DNA of 64,000 nucleotides from Bacillota bacterium (lineage in GTDB: Bacteria > Bacillota > Proteinivoracia > UBA4975). Of the stretch, positions 47,605 to 56,644 are shown piece after piece. The stretch's first letter is position 1, and each line of letters begins with the position of its first letter. The notes beneath the pieces were generated by a model that worked only from the letters and a program-made list of their open reading frames with translations, had not been told where the DNA came from and did no database searches. The DNA is taken from the NCBI GenBank assembly GCA_050949165.1, contig JBMNFF010000014.1:142796-206795 (forward strand), read 5' to 3'. The position numbers were made by a program, and so were the translations under genes.

Positions 47605-48361
47605 GAAACGCTTTCTTTACCGCTTCCCAGCCCCGGACAAGATGGGCCAGGTTCTCGACTCTGGTTCCGTAAGCTTCCAGGATTACGGGACCGTTATAGC
47701 CTCGGGCCTCGAGGAGGGCTGCGATTCCGTCCAGGCATCCCTCCTGAGGGATTCCGCCGTTGCCGTCGCTGAGATGGACGTTGCTGAGACCTTCTGCCAT
47801 GGCCGCCAAGTACTCCCCGGGGGCAAAACCGCTGCGCAGAGCCTGCTTGCTGTCAAAGGTGTAATAGAGGTTGGGGATTGCCTCTCTTTGCAGCCAGCGG
47901 AAAATTTGCGGCGACCAGCCCAGACACCAGGACACATTTTCCAGGGCCAGCTTTATCCCCCAGGCGGCGGCTGTGGCCGCTACCATCCGCAAGCGGTGGA
48001 GGATGCGAGCTCTGTCCGGGTGCTCGACCCTTAAGGGACCGTGGAAAACCAGGCAACCTGCCCCCAGTTCTGCTGCTGCGGCCAGAACTCGGTTGAGGGT
48101 GTCAAAACCATCCAGAATCTGCCGCCGGTAGGAATAAAACAGCATCGGTTCATATTGGGAAGAGGCGGCATGGAGGGAGGGGATAACCACACCTAGATTT
48201 GCGGCCAGGCGGGAGAGCTTGCGGACATAGGCGGTCCTGTACTCCCTCCTGGTCTGAAGAAAAACCTCTGCCTGCCTGCAGCCCAGGGCGGCAATGTTGA
48301 TCAGGGCCGATTCTGTCGGTTGCTGAGGGTAGAGGCTGGCAGTGGATATCCCGATTTGCAA
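47585..48361 (-). CDS. Sugar phosphate isomerase/epimerase (xylose-isomerase-like TIM barrel)
   Basis: 258 aa; AP-endonuclease-2/TIM barrel family pattern. Confidence 0.65.
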   Translation of the reverse strand: MQIGISTASLYPQQPTESALINIAALGCRQAEVFLQTRREYRTAYVRKLSRLAANLGVVIPSLHAASSQYEPMLFYSYRRQILDGFDTLNRVLAAAAELGAGCLVFHGPLRVEHPDRARILHRLRMVAATAAAWGIKLALENVSWCLGWSPQIFRWLQREAIPNLYYTFDSKQALRSGFAPGEYLAAMAEGLSNVHLSDGNGGIPQEGCLDGIAALLEARGYNGPVILEAYGTRVENLAHLVRGWEAVKKAFPKKTGA

Positions 48362-48373
48362 AGGTCTTCCCCC

Positions 48374-51070
48374 TTATTCCAGGCTAATGGAGTGATAGCG
48401 TCCCGGGGCCAAGTCGGCCAACATATCCAGCTCCCGTCGCTGACAGGTGAGGAGAATAATCTGGCGACTGGCGCCCAGTTCAACCAACAAGTTTAACATG
48501 TTCTTTAAGCGCAGGTCGTCATACTGGACAAAACTGTCATCTAGAAAGAGGGGAAGCCCGCCACCGGTCACCAAATCCGCTATGGCTACCCGGCAGGCAA
48601 AGTAAAACTGATCGATGGTCCCCCCGCTGAGACGGGATAGATCCACCTGGTCCCCACGTTCCGGGGCCAGGACATTGATGGACATATCCTGGGCCACTTG
48701 GAGCTCGTTGTACTTTCCTCCCGTGATTCTCTGGACCAGCGAAGAGACCATGAGGTTCAGTTCAGGAGCCAGCTGGCTGTTGAGTTCCTCTGCCAGCTCT
48801 GTAATGGTGGCCACAGCCAGGTCCAGGGCCTGGATGTCGAGCTCCAGTTCCCGGCAACGTCCTTGCAGTTGCCACTCCTCTTCTTCCAAATCCGCCGGCG
48901 AGGGCAGATTGGCGTACAGGCCCTCCAATCGCCCCAGGCCTTCGCTCTTCCGGGACTGCAGGCTGAGGATCTGCTCGTCCAAGGCCTCCAACCGTTGGGG
49001 GAGGTCCTGGGGGTCGGCAACCTGTACATCGCTGGCTGCAGCGGCCTGCTCCCGCAACTGCGCTTCGCTGCTGCCCTCCAGGATGTCCGTCAGACGCTGG
49101 CGGAGGTTCTCTTCTTCCTCGACCAGTTCCTGGCGGCGATAGTACTCCCGGGCCAGGGCCTCCATCTCTTCGGCGCTGCCGGCCGAATAGGCTTGCATCA
49201 TCTCCCGGGCCCGCTCTTCCAAGCCCTCCAGCTCCAGGCGGGATTGCTCCAGGCGCTGCCGGGCAGCTTCTTCCTGCTGGCGGCATTGCTCCATAAACAT
49301 CCTGGCATCCAGCAATTTGTCCAGATTAACCCGAAAACAGGCCAGAGCTTGTTCCATGGGAAGGTCGGCCAGGGCCACTTTCTCGAGAATCTCGGTGAAT
49401 TCCCGGCTCTTTTCACTGCTCTCCCGGGAATAGGTGGCCAGTTTTTCGGAAATGTACTTCTGCTCCCGCACCAGGTCGTGATTCTGCTCGCTGAGGCTGA
49501 CAAAGCGGCGATATTTTTCCTCCAGTTCCCCGATACTGTCTACCCCCGCCCGGGAAAGGAGCGCATTCAGCTCCCGTTGGGCCTGATCCCGCAGGCGCTG
49601 GCTGTTCAAATACGCCATCTCCCGGGTGTACAGCTCCCTACGCAAATTGCGGCACCGCAGGTTCGCCTTCTTGGCGCTCCCCTGGATGGCAAATATGCCG
49701 AGCAAGAGGGGAAGGGCCAAGGCTGCCAGCAAAGGCTGTATCAGATATGCGACTGCTCCGGTAACCGGCAGGAGCATGAGCAGCACCCAGCGCACGGAGC
49801 GGAGGATCTCCAATTTGCGCTCCTCCTTGTCCAGGTCCTGGTCCAGGTCTTCCTGGGACTCCTGGACGGCGCCCCTGCGCATCTGGGCCTGCAGGGCGGC
49901 GGCCTGCTCCAAGGTATCCGGCCGGAAATAGGGGAGATGGGACAGTTCATTGGTAATTGCCCTGATTTCTGCAGCAATTCCCTCCAGCTGGCTTTCCAGC
50001 TCTTCCATAACCTGCTGTCCCTTTACCTGCATCTGCCAGGCAGAACTCATTTCAATAAGGGTATCCTTGTCAAAATCCTGGTAAGGGGCCAGCTCATCAA
50101 TCTGGGCTTGCAGGTGCTGCATCCTTTCCTCTGTCTCGGCAAGGGCATCGCCATGGAGCCGGTGCAATTCCCGGGCCCTTTCTATCTCGGCCTGGAGTTC
50201 TGTCCACTGCTGGAAGGTCTGGGGATCCATACTGTGAGCGGAAAGCTGGGCAGCCTGCCTTTGCACTGCCTCCAGTTCCCGGCGCAGGTCCTCAATCCGG
50301 GCAAGCTTGGACAATGCCGCCTGGCTTTGCACCTGCTGGGCCAGTTCCTTTAGCTGTCTCCTTTCTCTGCTCAAACCTTCCAACTGGCGGCTGACCTGGT
50401 ACTGATTGATTTCCAGCTCCGCCGCCTCCTGAATCTGCCCCCGGGCTTCGGCCAGGCGGTTTTGAACCTGTTCCAGCATGGCTCGAGTCTTCATCAGCTC
50501 GAAATCTGTCTGGCGTCTGGCCTCCTGCAAGGCCTGAAGGCCGGCCTTGACAGAGATGCCGCTACCGCCGGATTGGGCCAGGTTGCTCAGCAAGTTGCGC
50601 ACTTCCAGGGCTACAGCGGTATCGGTGGCCGATCCCAACTGACTGATGCTGATGGTGTTGCGGAACACTAACTTGCTGCAGCCAAAGTGGGTGCGGGCAA
50701 AATCCGGCTCGCCCCAGTTATTGCAGGGCAAACCTTCAATTTTCTGACCGGTCTCCAGATCGATAAGGGTGACGGTGTGCTCGGCAAAGTCCCGGATTAC
50801 TCTGACTTTGCCTTCCTGCCATGTGTAGTCCAGCTGACCGCCGTAGCTCTGACCCTGCCAGGGCCGGTACTTGTCCCAACCGGGCTCCAGTTCCCGATTG
50901 GCCAGGTTGGGCTTCCAAAACCCGAAGAGCATTGCCTCAATGAAACTGTGAACGGTGCTCTTGCCGGCCTCGTTCCCGCCATAGATCAGGTTGAGCCCCG
51001 GCGAGAGGGAAAATTCCCGGTGCTGAAAGCGGCCAAATCCTTCCAGATTGAGTCTGTCCACCGTTACCAT
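48374..51070 (-). CDS. SbcC/Rad50-like ABC-type ATPase (YhaN-like) with central transmembrane hairpin
   Basis: N-terminal Walker A GGNEAGKST, long coiled coils, hydrophobic segment ~aa 427-463 (49684..49792), C-terminal LSGGT signature + LFLDDSF Walker B. Confidence 0.7.
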   Translation of the reverse strand: MVTVDRLNLEGFGRFQHREFSLSPGLNLIYGGNEAGKSTVHSFIEAMLFGFWKPNLANRELEPGWDKYRPWQGQSYGGQLDYTWQEGKVRVIRDFAEHTVTLIDLETGQKIEGLPCNNWGEPDFARTHFGCSKLVFRNTISISQLGSATDTAVALEVRNLLSNLAQSGGSGISVKAGLQALQEARRQTDFELMKTRAMLEQVQNRLAEARGQIQEAAELEINQYQVSRQLEGLSRERRQLKELAQQVQSQAALSKLARIEDLRRELEAVQRQAAQLSAHSMDPQTFQQWTELQAEIERARELHRLHGDALAETEERMQHLQAQIDELAPYQDFDKDTLIEMSSAWQMQVKGQQVMEELESQLEGIAAEIRAITNELSHLPYFRPDTLEQAAALQAQMRRGAVQESQEDLDQDLDKEERKLEILRSVRWVLLMLLPVTGAVAYLIQPLLAALALPLLLGIFAIQGSAKKANLRCRNLRRELYTREMAYLNSQRLRDQAQRELNALLSRAGVDSIGELEEKYRRFVSLSEQNHDLVREQKYISEKLATYSRESSEKSREFTEILEKVALADLPMEQALACFRVNLDKLLDARMFMEQCRQQEEAARQRLEQSRLELEGLEERAREMMQAYSAGSAEEMEALAREYYRRQELVEEEENLRQRLTDILEGSSEAQLREQAAAASDVQVADPQDLPQRLEALDEQILSLQSRKSEGLGRLEGLYANLPSPADLEEEEWQLQGRCRELELDIQALDLAVATITELAEELNSQLAPELNLMVSSLVQRITGGKYNELQVAQDMSINVLAPERGDQVDLSRLSGGTIDQFYFACRVAIADLVTGGGLPLFLDDSFVQYDDLRLKNMLNLLVELGASRQIILLTCQRRELDMLADLAPGRYHSISLE

Positions 51071-52134
51071 GGGGCAACCCTCCCGGTGAGAAGGGCGTCG
51101 AGGCCTAAGTTGAGGGCCCTTCTGGATATTTCTTCGTCAAATTGAGACCCTTTGATGGCGGCGATGTATTTCCCCACAACACCCCTTTGCTGCTCTGCTG
51201 CCAGGGCATCCAAATCATAGGGTGTGGTTGCCTTAGCGGTCAGCTCTATATAGAAACAATGGGGAAGCAGAGCTTTAATAGCCTCCAGATCCCAACTGCC
51301 TTGCCCCACCAGATCGATTTGAAACAGATTCCTGTCGGGGGCCAAGGTCTCAATTTCCCTTTGGATTATGCCCGCGACCTCCTCCGGGCCGGTGCAATCT
51401 CCGGTATTTAACTGCAACTTATAGAACTGGCGGCTGTCAAATCGTACGTGCTCCAGGGAGCCGGCTTCTGCACCGACACTGCCCTGGATGATGCCGAAGA
51501 CGCCCTGGTGGTCAAAGCCCAGGGGTTCCGGACAGCCCGGGTCCATGACCTTGGCACCCCAGGCCTTATGGGTGTGGGCTCCGCCCAAGGCCGCGTAGGC
51601 CAGGTTCTCCAGCTCCATAACCTCTTGGGGAATGGCGAGGCTGGCGGGATCGCCATAGGCTGCAATAACCACCTGGCAGCCGTGGGAATCCAGGACTTGG
51701 CGCCAGTCCGGTGCGCCCTCCCGGGACCAAGCCCGGCCGAAGACCCGAGTATTCAGGTGGGGAATCCAAATGCTGGTCAGCTGGGGCTGAAGGAAGATAT
51801 GGACGTTGTCTGACCAAGGGTATTCCCGATAGAAGCTGTTGAGCCCGACGCCGTCGGATTTGCCCGGAGTGATGATGACCTTGGTGGCGGGAATTCTCCG
51901 AAATTGATCAGCGACAAAGTCCACCAACGGCCGGGTAATATTGCCCTCCTCCCAGAGATCGCCTGTAATCAGCAGGAGGTCTGTCAGCTGCTCCCGACAG
52001 ACGTCGGAGATCCTGGTCAGGGTCTGCATCAAATCCTTGCGTCTGTACTTACCTATTTGCGGAGGTACACCCAGGCAAGCTGATCCCAAATGTAAATCTG
52101 CGGTGTGTACAACCGAAATTCTGCCCATATGCAT
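51064..52134 (-). CDS. SbcD/Mre11-like metallophosphoesterase (YhaO-like)
   Basis: VVHTADLHLG phosphoesterase motif I; ATG 52134 after GAGGGGA RBS; 7-nt overlap with downstream ATPase gene. Confidence 0.7.
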   Translation of the reverse strand: MHMGRISVVHTADLHLGSACLGVPPQIGKYRRKDLMQTLTRISDVCREQLTDLLLITGDLWEEGNITRPLVDFVADQFRRIPATKVIITPGKSDGVGLNSFYREYPWSDNVHIFLQPQLTSIWIPHLNTRVFGRAWSREGAPDWRQVLDSHGCQVVIAAYGDPASLAIPQEVMELENLAYAALGGAHTHKAWGAKVMDPGCPEPLGFDHQGVFGIIQGSVGAEAGSLEHVRFDSRQFYKLQLNTGDCTGPEEVAGIIQREIETLAPDRNLFQIDLVGQGSWDLEAIKALLPHCFYIELTAKATTPYDLDALAAEQQRGVVGKYIAAIKGSQFDEEISRRALNLGLDALLTGRVAPW

Positions 52135-52259
52135 TCCCCTCTGCCACTTTTTTCTACCGGAATAATTCTGTAAACCTCTGTCTTTTTCCTCCCCCTTGGC
52201 GAAAATTATCGTGACCCGGCATCTCCGGCGCAACCAGGGCAATACTAGGGGTAGGAGGG

Positions 52260-52451
52260 ATGGCAATGAATGAACTGCGGCTATTGGACCAGATTATTGA
52301 AAAGCAACAGGATTTGGTCCGGGATTTTCAGTACTGCCTCAAAAACTCCCAGGATAAAGAGTGGCAGGAGTTCTATGGTTCCATGGCGCGGGAACAGGCA
52401 GAACTGGCCCACCGCTGCCTGGAGAAGGCGAAAAGGCGGCGAGGCAAATAA
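52260..52451 (+). CDS. Small hypothetical protein (63 aa, helical, basic C-terminus)
   Basis: ORF followed directly by bidirectional terminator; no family recognised. Confidence 0.35.
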   Translation: MAMNELRLLDQIIEKQQDLVRDFQYCLKNSQDKEWQEFYGSMAREQAELAHRCLEKAKRRRGK

Positions 52452-52480
52452 TAAACCAGGATCTGATTCCTGGTTTATTG
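52451..52480. terminator. Bidirectional terminator
   Basis: AAACCAGGATCTGATTCCTGGTTT palindrome with flanking A/T runs. Confidence 0.45.
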
Positions 52481-52771
52481 TTAATCGGTAAAGACCTTAG
52501 GGTTTTCGGGGTTTGCCCGATACAGGACTATCTTCTTGCCCAATTGCTGGACCAGTTCACTCTTGGTGGCCCTGGTCAATTCTTCCGCCACCTGCTCCAC
52601 AGGATCCTGGCAGTTGTTGAGCACCGTCAGTTTTACCAGTTCCCGGGCAGTGAGTGCCTGATCGACGGTGGCAATCACCGTCTCGGTGACGCCGCCCTTG
52701 CCCACCTGGACGATGGGCTCCAGAGTATTGGCCAAAGAGCGCAGATATGATTTTTCCTTTCCCGTCAACAT
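52481..52771 (-). CDS. yhbY: YhbY/CRM-domain RNA-binding protein (ribosome assembly)
   Basis: 96 aa CRS1/YhbY fold (KSYLRSLANTLEPIVQVGKGGVTE). Confidence 0.75.
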   Translation of the reverse strand: MLTGKEKSYLRSLANTLEPIVQVGKGGVTETVIATVDQALTARELVKLTVLNNCQDPVEQVAEELTRATKSELVQQLGKKIVLYRANPENPKVFTD

Positions 52772-53328
52772 GTCGATTCCTCCTTGGTCGCCTTCAGCAA
52801 CCCTTCACTTACGCTGTATATTAACTGGCCGTCCTCGCCACAACTGAAGATCAAGACAGATTCAGCCAGGAATTCTACCCTGGCAAAGCCCGCCTCCCGG
52901 AGGGTGCTGAGCCAGTGCCCCAAATCTTTTACCCCCGGCCAGTCCTCTCGGGGCAGTTCTCCCTGGGAGAACCTGGCCGAGAGGAGGAAGGCCCCTCCTG
53001 GTTTGAGCACTGCAGCCAGCTCGGCAAAATCCCGGGCAGTGAGGGTGGATACGTTCTCACATAAGTATACAATATCTGCCGGGTCACGGGAGAGGGAAAG
53101 TGATGGCGCCGAAGTGGCAATGACCCGCACCCTTTCCTGCTTGCAATCAAGAGCGAGGCTGGCTAGCCCCTCCACCTGAGCGCCCAGGACTGTGACCCGG
53201 GGCGCCGCCCCCAACATGCCCCTGACATTGCAACAACTGCCTGCCAGGACCAGGTGTTGAGGTTGGGCTTGTCTTATGAACTTTTGGGCATGGGCTTGAT
53301 GGTTACAGCAATTACTGGAACAACTCAT
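52765..53328 (-). CDS. Short class-I methyltransferase-like protein with Cys-rich N-terminus and degenerate motif I
   Basis: DIVYLCENV (motif II) and LKPGGAFLLS (motif III) present; motif I reads VLAGSCCNV instead of G-x-G-x-G; N-terminal CSSNCCNH cluster. Confidence 0.4.
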   Translation of the reverse strand: MSCSSNCCNHQAHAQKFIRQAQPQHLVLAGSCCNVRGMLGAAPRVTVLGAQVEGLASLALDCKQERVRVIATSAPSLSLSRDPADIVYLCENVSTLTARDFAELAAVLKPGGAFLLSARFSQGELPREDWPGVKDLGHWLSTLREAGFARVEFLAESVLIFSCGEDGQLIYSVSEGLLKATKEESTC

Positions 53329-53400
53329 TCCTGCGCCCCCTATAAAACAACACCCGCCCGAAGAGACAAGGTGCTGTACATTATTGAACTGAGAACAGCC

Positions 53401-54420
53401 TTAGCTGATCATCTTGTCGCTGACCAGTGTATTCTTAATGTAGTCCAGGAGTTCCAGGGCTCTCCCCGTGCCATTGACCACGCAGGAAATGGGGTTTTCC
53501 GCTATAATCACCGGCGTGCCGATACATTCGGAAAGATATACATCGAGGCCGTGAAGCAGCGAACCGCCGCCGGACATGACTATCCCCTTATCCATGATAT
53601 CGGAATGGAGCTCGGGAGGCGTAGCCTCCAGGACCTGGGTAATACTGCGCACGATGCTGTTTACGGGATCGGTCAGGGCTTCTCCTGCCTCCTTGGAAGT
53701 TATCACCAGGCTCTTGGGCAGGCCGGTCACCAGGTCCCGTCCCCGGATTTCCATCTTTTCCTTGCGGCCTTGGGGATGAACTGAAGCGACTTTGATTTTT
53801 ATATCCTCGGCAGTGCGCTCGCCGATCATGACATTGTACTTGTCCCGGACATACCTGACGATGTATTCGTCAAAGCGGTTTCCGCCTATGCGGATGGACG
53901 TGCTCTGGACGATATCCCCCAGAGACATGATTGCCACATCGCAGGTGCCGCCGCCGACATCTATTACCATACTGCCAAAGGGCTGGAATATCTCCAGGCC
54001 TGCGCCCAAGGCTGCTGCTCGAGGCTCTTCGATCAAGTACACTTCCCTGGCCCCGGTTCGCTTGACAGCTTCCAGGACGGCCCTCTGTTCCACCGATGTA
54101 ATCCCCGCCGGCACACAGACCATCACCCGGGGCTTGCGCAACATGTTCCCGCAGACCTTGGCAATGAAGTGCTTGAGCATGATCTCGGTTACTTCAAAAT
54201 CGGCGATAACTCCATCCCTAAGCGGCTTAATCGCTTTTATGTTGCCCGGGGTGCGCCCCACCATGAGGCTGGCTTCTTCGCCCACTGCCAGCACTCGGTT
54301 GGTTTGGCTGTCAAGAGCAACCACCGAAGGCTCATGTAAGACAATTCCCTTTCCCTTGATGAAGACAAGGACTGTTGCAGTACCCAGATCGACGCCGATA
54401 TCCCTGGAGAATCCAAACAC
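53401..54420 (-). CDS. mbl: Rod shape-determining protein MreB/Mbl
   Basis: Actin-like ATPase motifs (DLGTATVLVF, DVGGGTCDVAI); located downstream of spoIIID as in Bacillus. Confidence 0.85.
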   Translation of the reverse strand: MFGFSRDIGVDLGTATVLVFIKGKGIVLHEPSVVALDSQTNRVLAVGEEASLMVGRTPGNIKAIKPLRDGVIADFEVTEIMLKHFIAKVCGNMLRKPRVMVCVPAGITSVEQRAVLEAVKRTGAREVYLIEEPRAAALGAGLEIFQPFGSMVIDVGGGTCDVAIMSLGDIVQSTSIRIGGNRFDEYIVRYVRDKYNVMIGERTAEDIKIKVASVHPQGRKEKMEIRGRDLVTGLPKSLVITSKEAGEALTDPVNSIVRSITQVLEATPPELHSDIMDKGIVMSGGGSLLHGLDVYLSECIGTPVIIAENPISCVVNGTGRALELLDYIKNTLVSDKMIS

Positions 54421-54498
54421 ATTTATTCCCCCTTTGCTGCAGAAACCATTGCCTCTGATTGGAATAATATTCTACAACGGGCGGAGAAAATCCTCTAA

Positions 54499-54762
54499 TT
54501 AACCGGCGCTTTCTTGTCTTTCCTTGTACTTTCTCCTGGTTGCTTCCCCTCCGCGCAAGTGCCTCTCGGCCTTATTGTTCTCCAGGACAAGCCTGACCTG
54601 TTCTGCCAATCCGGGATTGACTTGATATAGGCGCTCCGTCAAATCCTTGTGCACCGTGCTCTTGCTGACGCCGAAGGCATCCGCCACAGCGCGCACAGTT
54701 TCACCGGTGCTGAGAACATAATTGGCAATGTCAATAACCCGTTGCCAGATGTAATCGTTCAT
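54499..54762 (-). CDS. spoIIID: Sporulation transcriptional regulator SpoIIID
   Basis: 87 aa; VRAVADAFGVSKSTVHKDLTERL and HLRGGEATRRKYK match SpoIIID nearly residue for residue. Confidence 0.85.
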   Translation of the reverse strand: MNDYIWQRVIDIANYVLSTGETVRAVADAFGVSKSTVHKDLTERLYQVNPGLAEQVRLVLENNKAERHLRGGEATRRKYKERQESAG

Positions 54763-54843
54763 TCCACTGCCCTCCTAACCTTCATACTGTTCAATTTATA
54801 TGTCCTCCCGGAATGGGTTAGACCTTTACAGGGGCAAATGGTA

Positions 54844-55563
54844 TTAGCGATCGACACTGGTATATTGGCACGGGTCCCAGACTTCTTGATCGGGGCCCAA
54901 TAGTTGAAATTCCAAGTAATCCCCTGAGTAGGTGCCGTAGAGCTTTGCCGCCAATTCCCCCAGTTTCTGACCGGCTTCAACGACCTGGCCGGGTTCGACG
55001 AGGATATTGTCCAGGTTCTTGTACACAGTAGTCCACTGACCATGTTTAATCGTTACTTCGCCTGGATCGTAGGTGTCGGGAAAAGCGACCTCTTCCACCA
55101 CGCCCTGCCAGGCAGCGCAGACTTCGTCCCCGGCGGTGCCGTCAATATGCAACCCCGCGATATTGCCGAGATAATAGCCCGGGAACAAGGCAAAGGGGTC
55201 GCCCGGGAAGGCCAGGATTTCGCCCTTGAGGGGGAGGATGAGTTTGTCCCCCCGCTCGGGCGAAAAAACGGCGGCTTCCTGGTTTTCATCATCTTCACCT
55301 TGGGGAGGCGCTTCGGGCAAGTGGGGGGCTTGCCCGTCGGAATCCGGTTTTCCATTGGGGTCAAAGACCAGGCTGTTGGCCGGGTTGAATTGCCACCAAA
55401 CCAGTGAGGCAATACAGACGACACAGAGGAAGTACACCAGTGCATAGCGAAAGCCCGGCGTCAGGGAACGCCAGCGGCAGGCCAGTCCCTTGCCCAGACG
55501 GGAAAAGAGGCGGAAGAGCCTGCCCAATGAGTTTCTCATTCTGTCTCTTAGCGACATGTCCAT
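54844..55563 (-). CDS. spoIIQ: M23 (LytM-domain) peptidase-like protein, SpoIIQ-like by context
   Basis: N-terminal TM, C-terminal LytM domain (GLHIDGTAGDEV; later DYLEFQL in place of HxH); upstream of spoIIID as in Clostridia. Confidence 0.55.
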   Translation of the reverse strand: MDMSLRDRMRNSLGRLFRLFSRLGKGLACRWRSLTPGFRYALVYFLCVVCIASLVWWQFNPANSLVFDPNGKPDSDGQAPHLPEAPPQGEDDENQEAAVFSPERGDKLILPLKGEILAFPGDPFALFPGYYLGNIAGLHIDGTAGDEVCAAWQGVVEEVAFPDTYDPGEVTIKHGQWTTVYKNLDNILVEPGQVVEAGQKLGELAAKLYGTYSGDYLEFQLLGPDQEVWDPCQYTSVDR

Positions 55564-55598
55564 CACCTCGGGGCTTATTCTTCCCCGGACAGGCTCTA

Positions 55599-56621
55599 TT
55601 ATTCTTCCAGCCTCACCCTCTGAATCTGAACATCGGTAAAATAGTAGCGGAGGATCTCCGAGGCCGTTTTGCCCTGGTCAGCCATGCCGTCGGCGCCGTA
55701 TTGACACAGGCCCACTGCATGGCCGTAACCTGTGGTTGTAAAGGTGATGAAGCCGTTTTCCCGAAGCCAGGTGACCCGGCTGGAACGCAGGCCCAGGCGG
55801 CTGCGGAAGTCCAGGCCCCGCAGGATCTTGCTGCCTACGTCGATTTGGATTATCCGGCCGCTTTCCGTCCTGCTCAGCACCTCCAATTTGATGGTTGAGG
55901 CGGATTCATCCAGCTTTGCCGCCACATCTGCCTCCGACATGCGGATGGTTTCAGTCATCCGGGGCGAGTGGGCGCAGTAGGGACATTTCACCGAGCGCAG
56001 GTACGGAACTTGGTATGTCCAGACATCCTCGGAATTCTCGGTCATCCCCCCGCAGGTTGAATGAAAGGTGGCATCGATGAGTTTCCCCTGATGGGTGACG
56101 ACCTGTCCCTGGGTTTCGGAAACGGCCTTGAGCATCTTGTTCCAATAGGCGTTTTGCCGAAAAAAGGGCCAGCTGGACACGGCCACTTCCTTGCTAATCC
56201 AGGCCTGGCAATGGGTGCTGTCGGTACAGATATCTGCCTGGGGATGCCGGCTGCAACCTGAGCCGCCATGGGCGCGGAGCCGGGATATGGTGTAGGTTCT
56301 GGCTACAATCGCTTGAGCCTTAAGGGCTTCCATGTGAAATTGGGCCGGCATTTCCGCCGCTACCACTCCCACAATGTATTCTCCCAGGGGCATGTGCATG
56401 AGCTCGCCCCTCTGGTCATTCCAAACCGCCACGTGGTATGGATCCACCTCCACTTCCGGCGGCACGACTCCGCGGTTACAGCCCCGGACAATTGCGGCAG
56501 GTACCAGGATCAGAAGTGCGAACAGCACCAGCAATATCAGGCTGATTTTTTTCAGCAGGCGCAATTTTATCCCCCCTTCCGCTATAGATATGCCGCTGGA
56601 AGGGGATATAGACTTGTACAA
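55599..56621 (-). CDS. spoIID: Stage II sporulation protein D (SpoIID/LytB domain)
   Basis: 340 aa, signal-anchor, SpoIID lytic transglycosylase domain. Confidence 0.8.
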   Translation of the reverse strand: MYKSISPSSGISIAEGGIKLRLLKKISLILLVLFALLILVPAAIVRGCNRGVVPPEVEVDPYHVAVWNDQRGELMHMPLGEYIVGVVAAEMPAQFHMEALKAQAIVARTYTISRLRAHGGSGCSRHPQADICTDSTHCQAWISKEVAVSSWPFFRQNAYWNKMLKAVSETQGQVVTHQGKLIDATFHSTCGGMTENSEDVWTYQVPYLRSVKCPYCAHSPRMTETIRMSEADVAAKLDESASTIKLEVLSRTESGRIIQIDVGSKILRGLDFRSRLGLRSSRVTWLRENGFITFTTTGYGHAVGLCQYGADGMADQGKTASEILRYYFTDVQIQRVRLEE

Positions 56622-56644
56622 AAAAACAGCCGCCCCAAGGGCGG

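Noticed and set aside
48698-50353. 551-aa ORF on plus strand (and several other 150-300-aa antisense ORFs, e.g. 19082..20041, 24172..25248, 13423..14373, 60068..61180, 40307..40978)
   Set aside because: All lie opposite conserved genes (SbcC-like, gerAC, 4Fe-4S protein/PQQ protein, fprA, atpD, addB) and have repetitive GC-codon composition; no RBS or domain signal.
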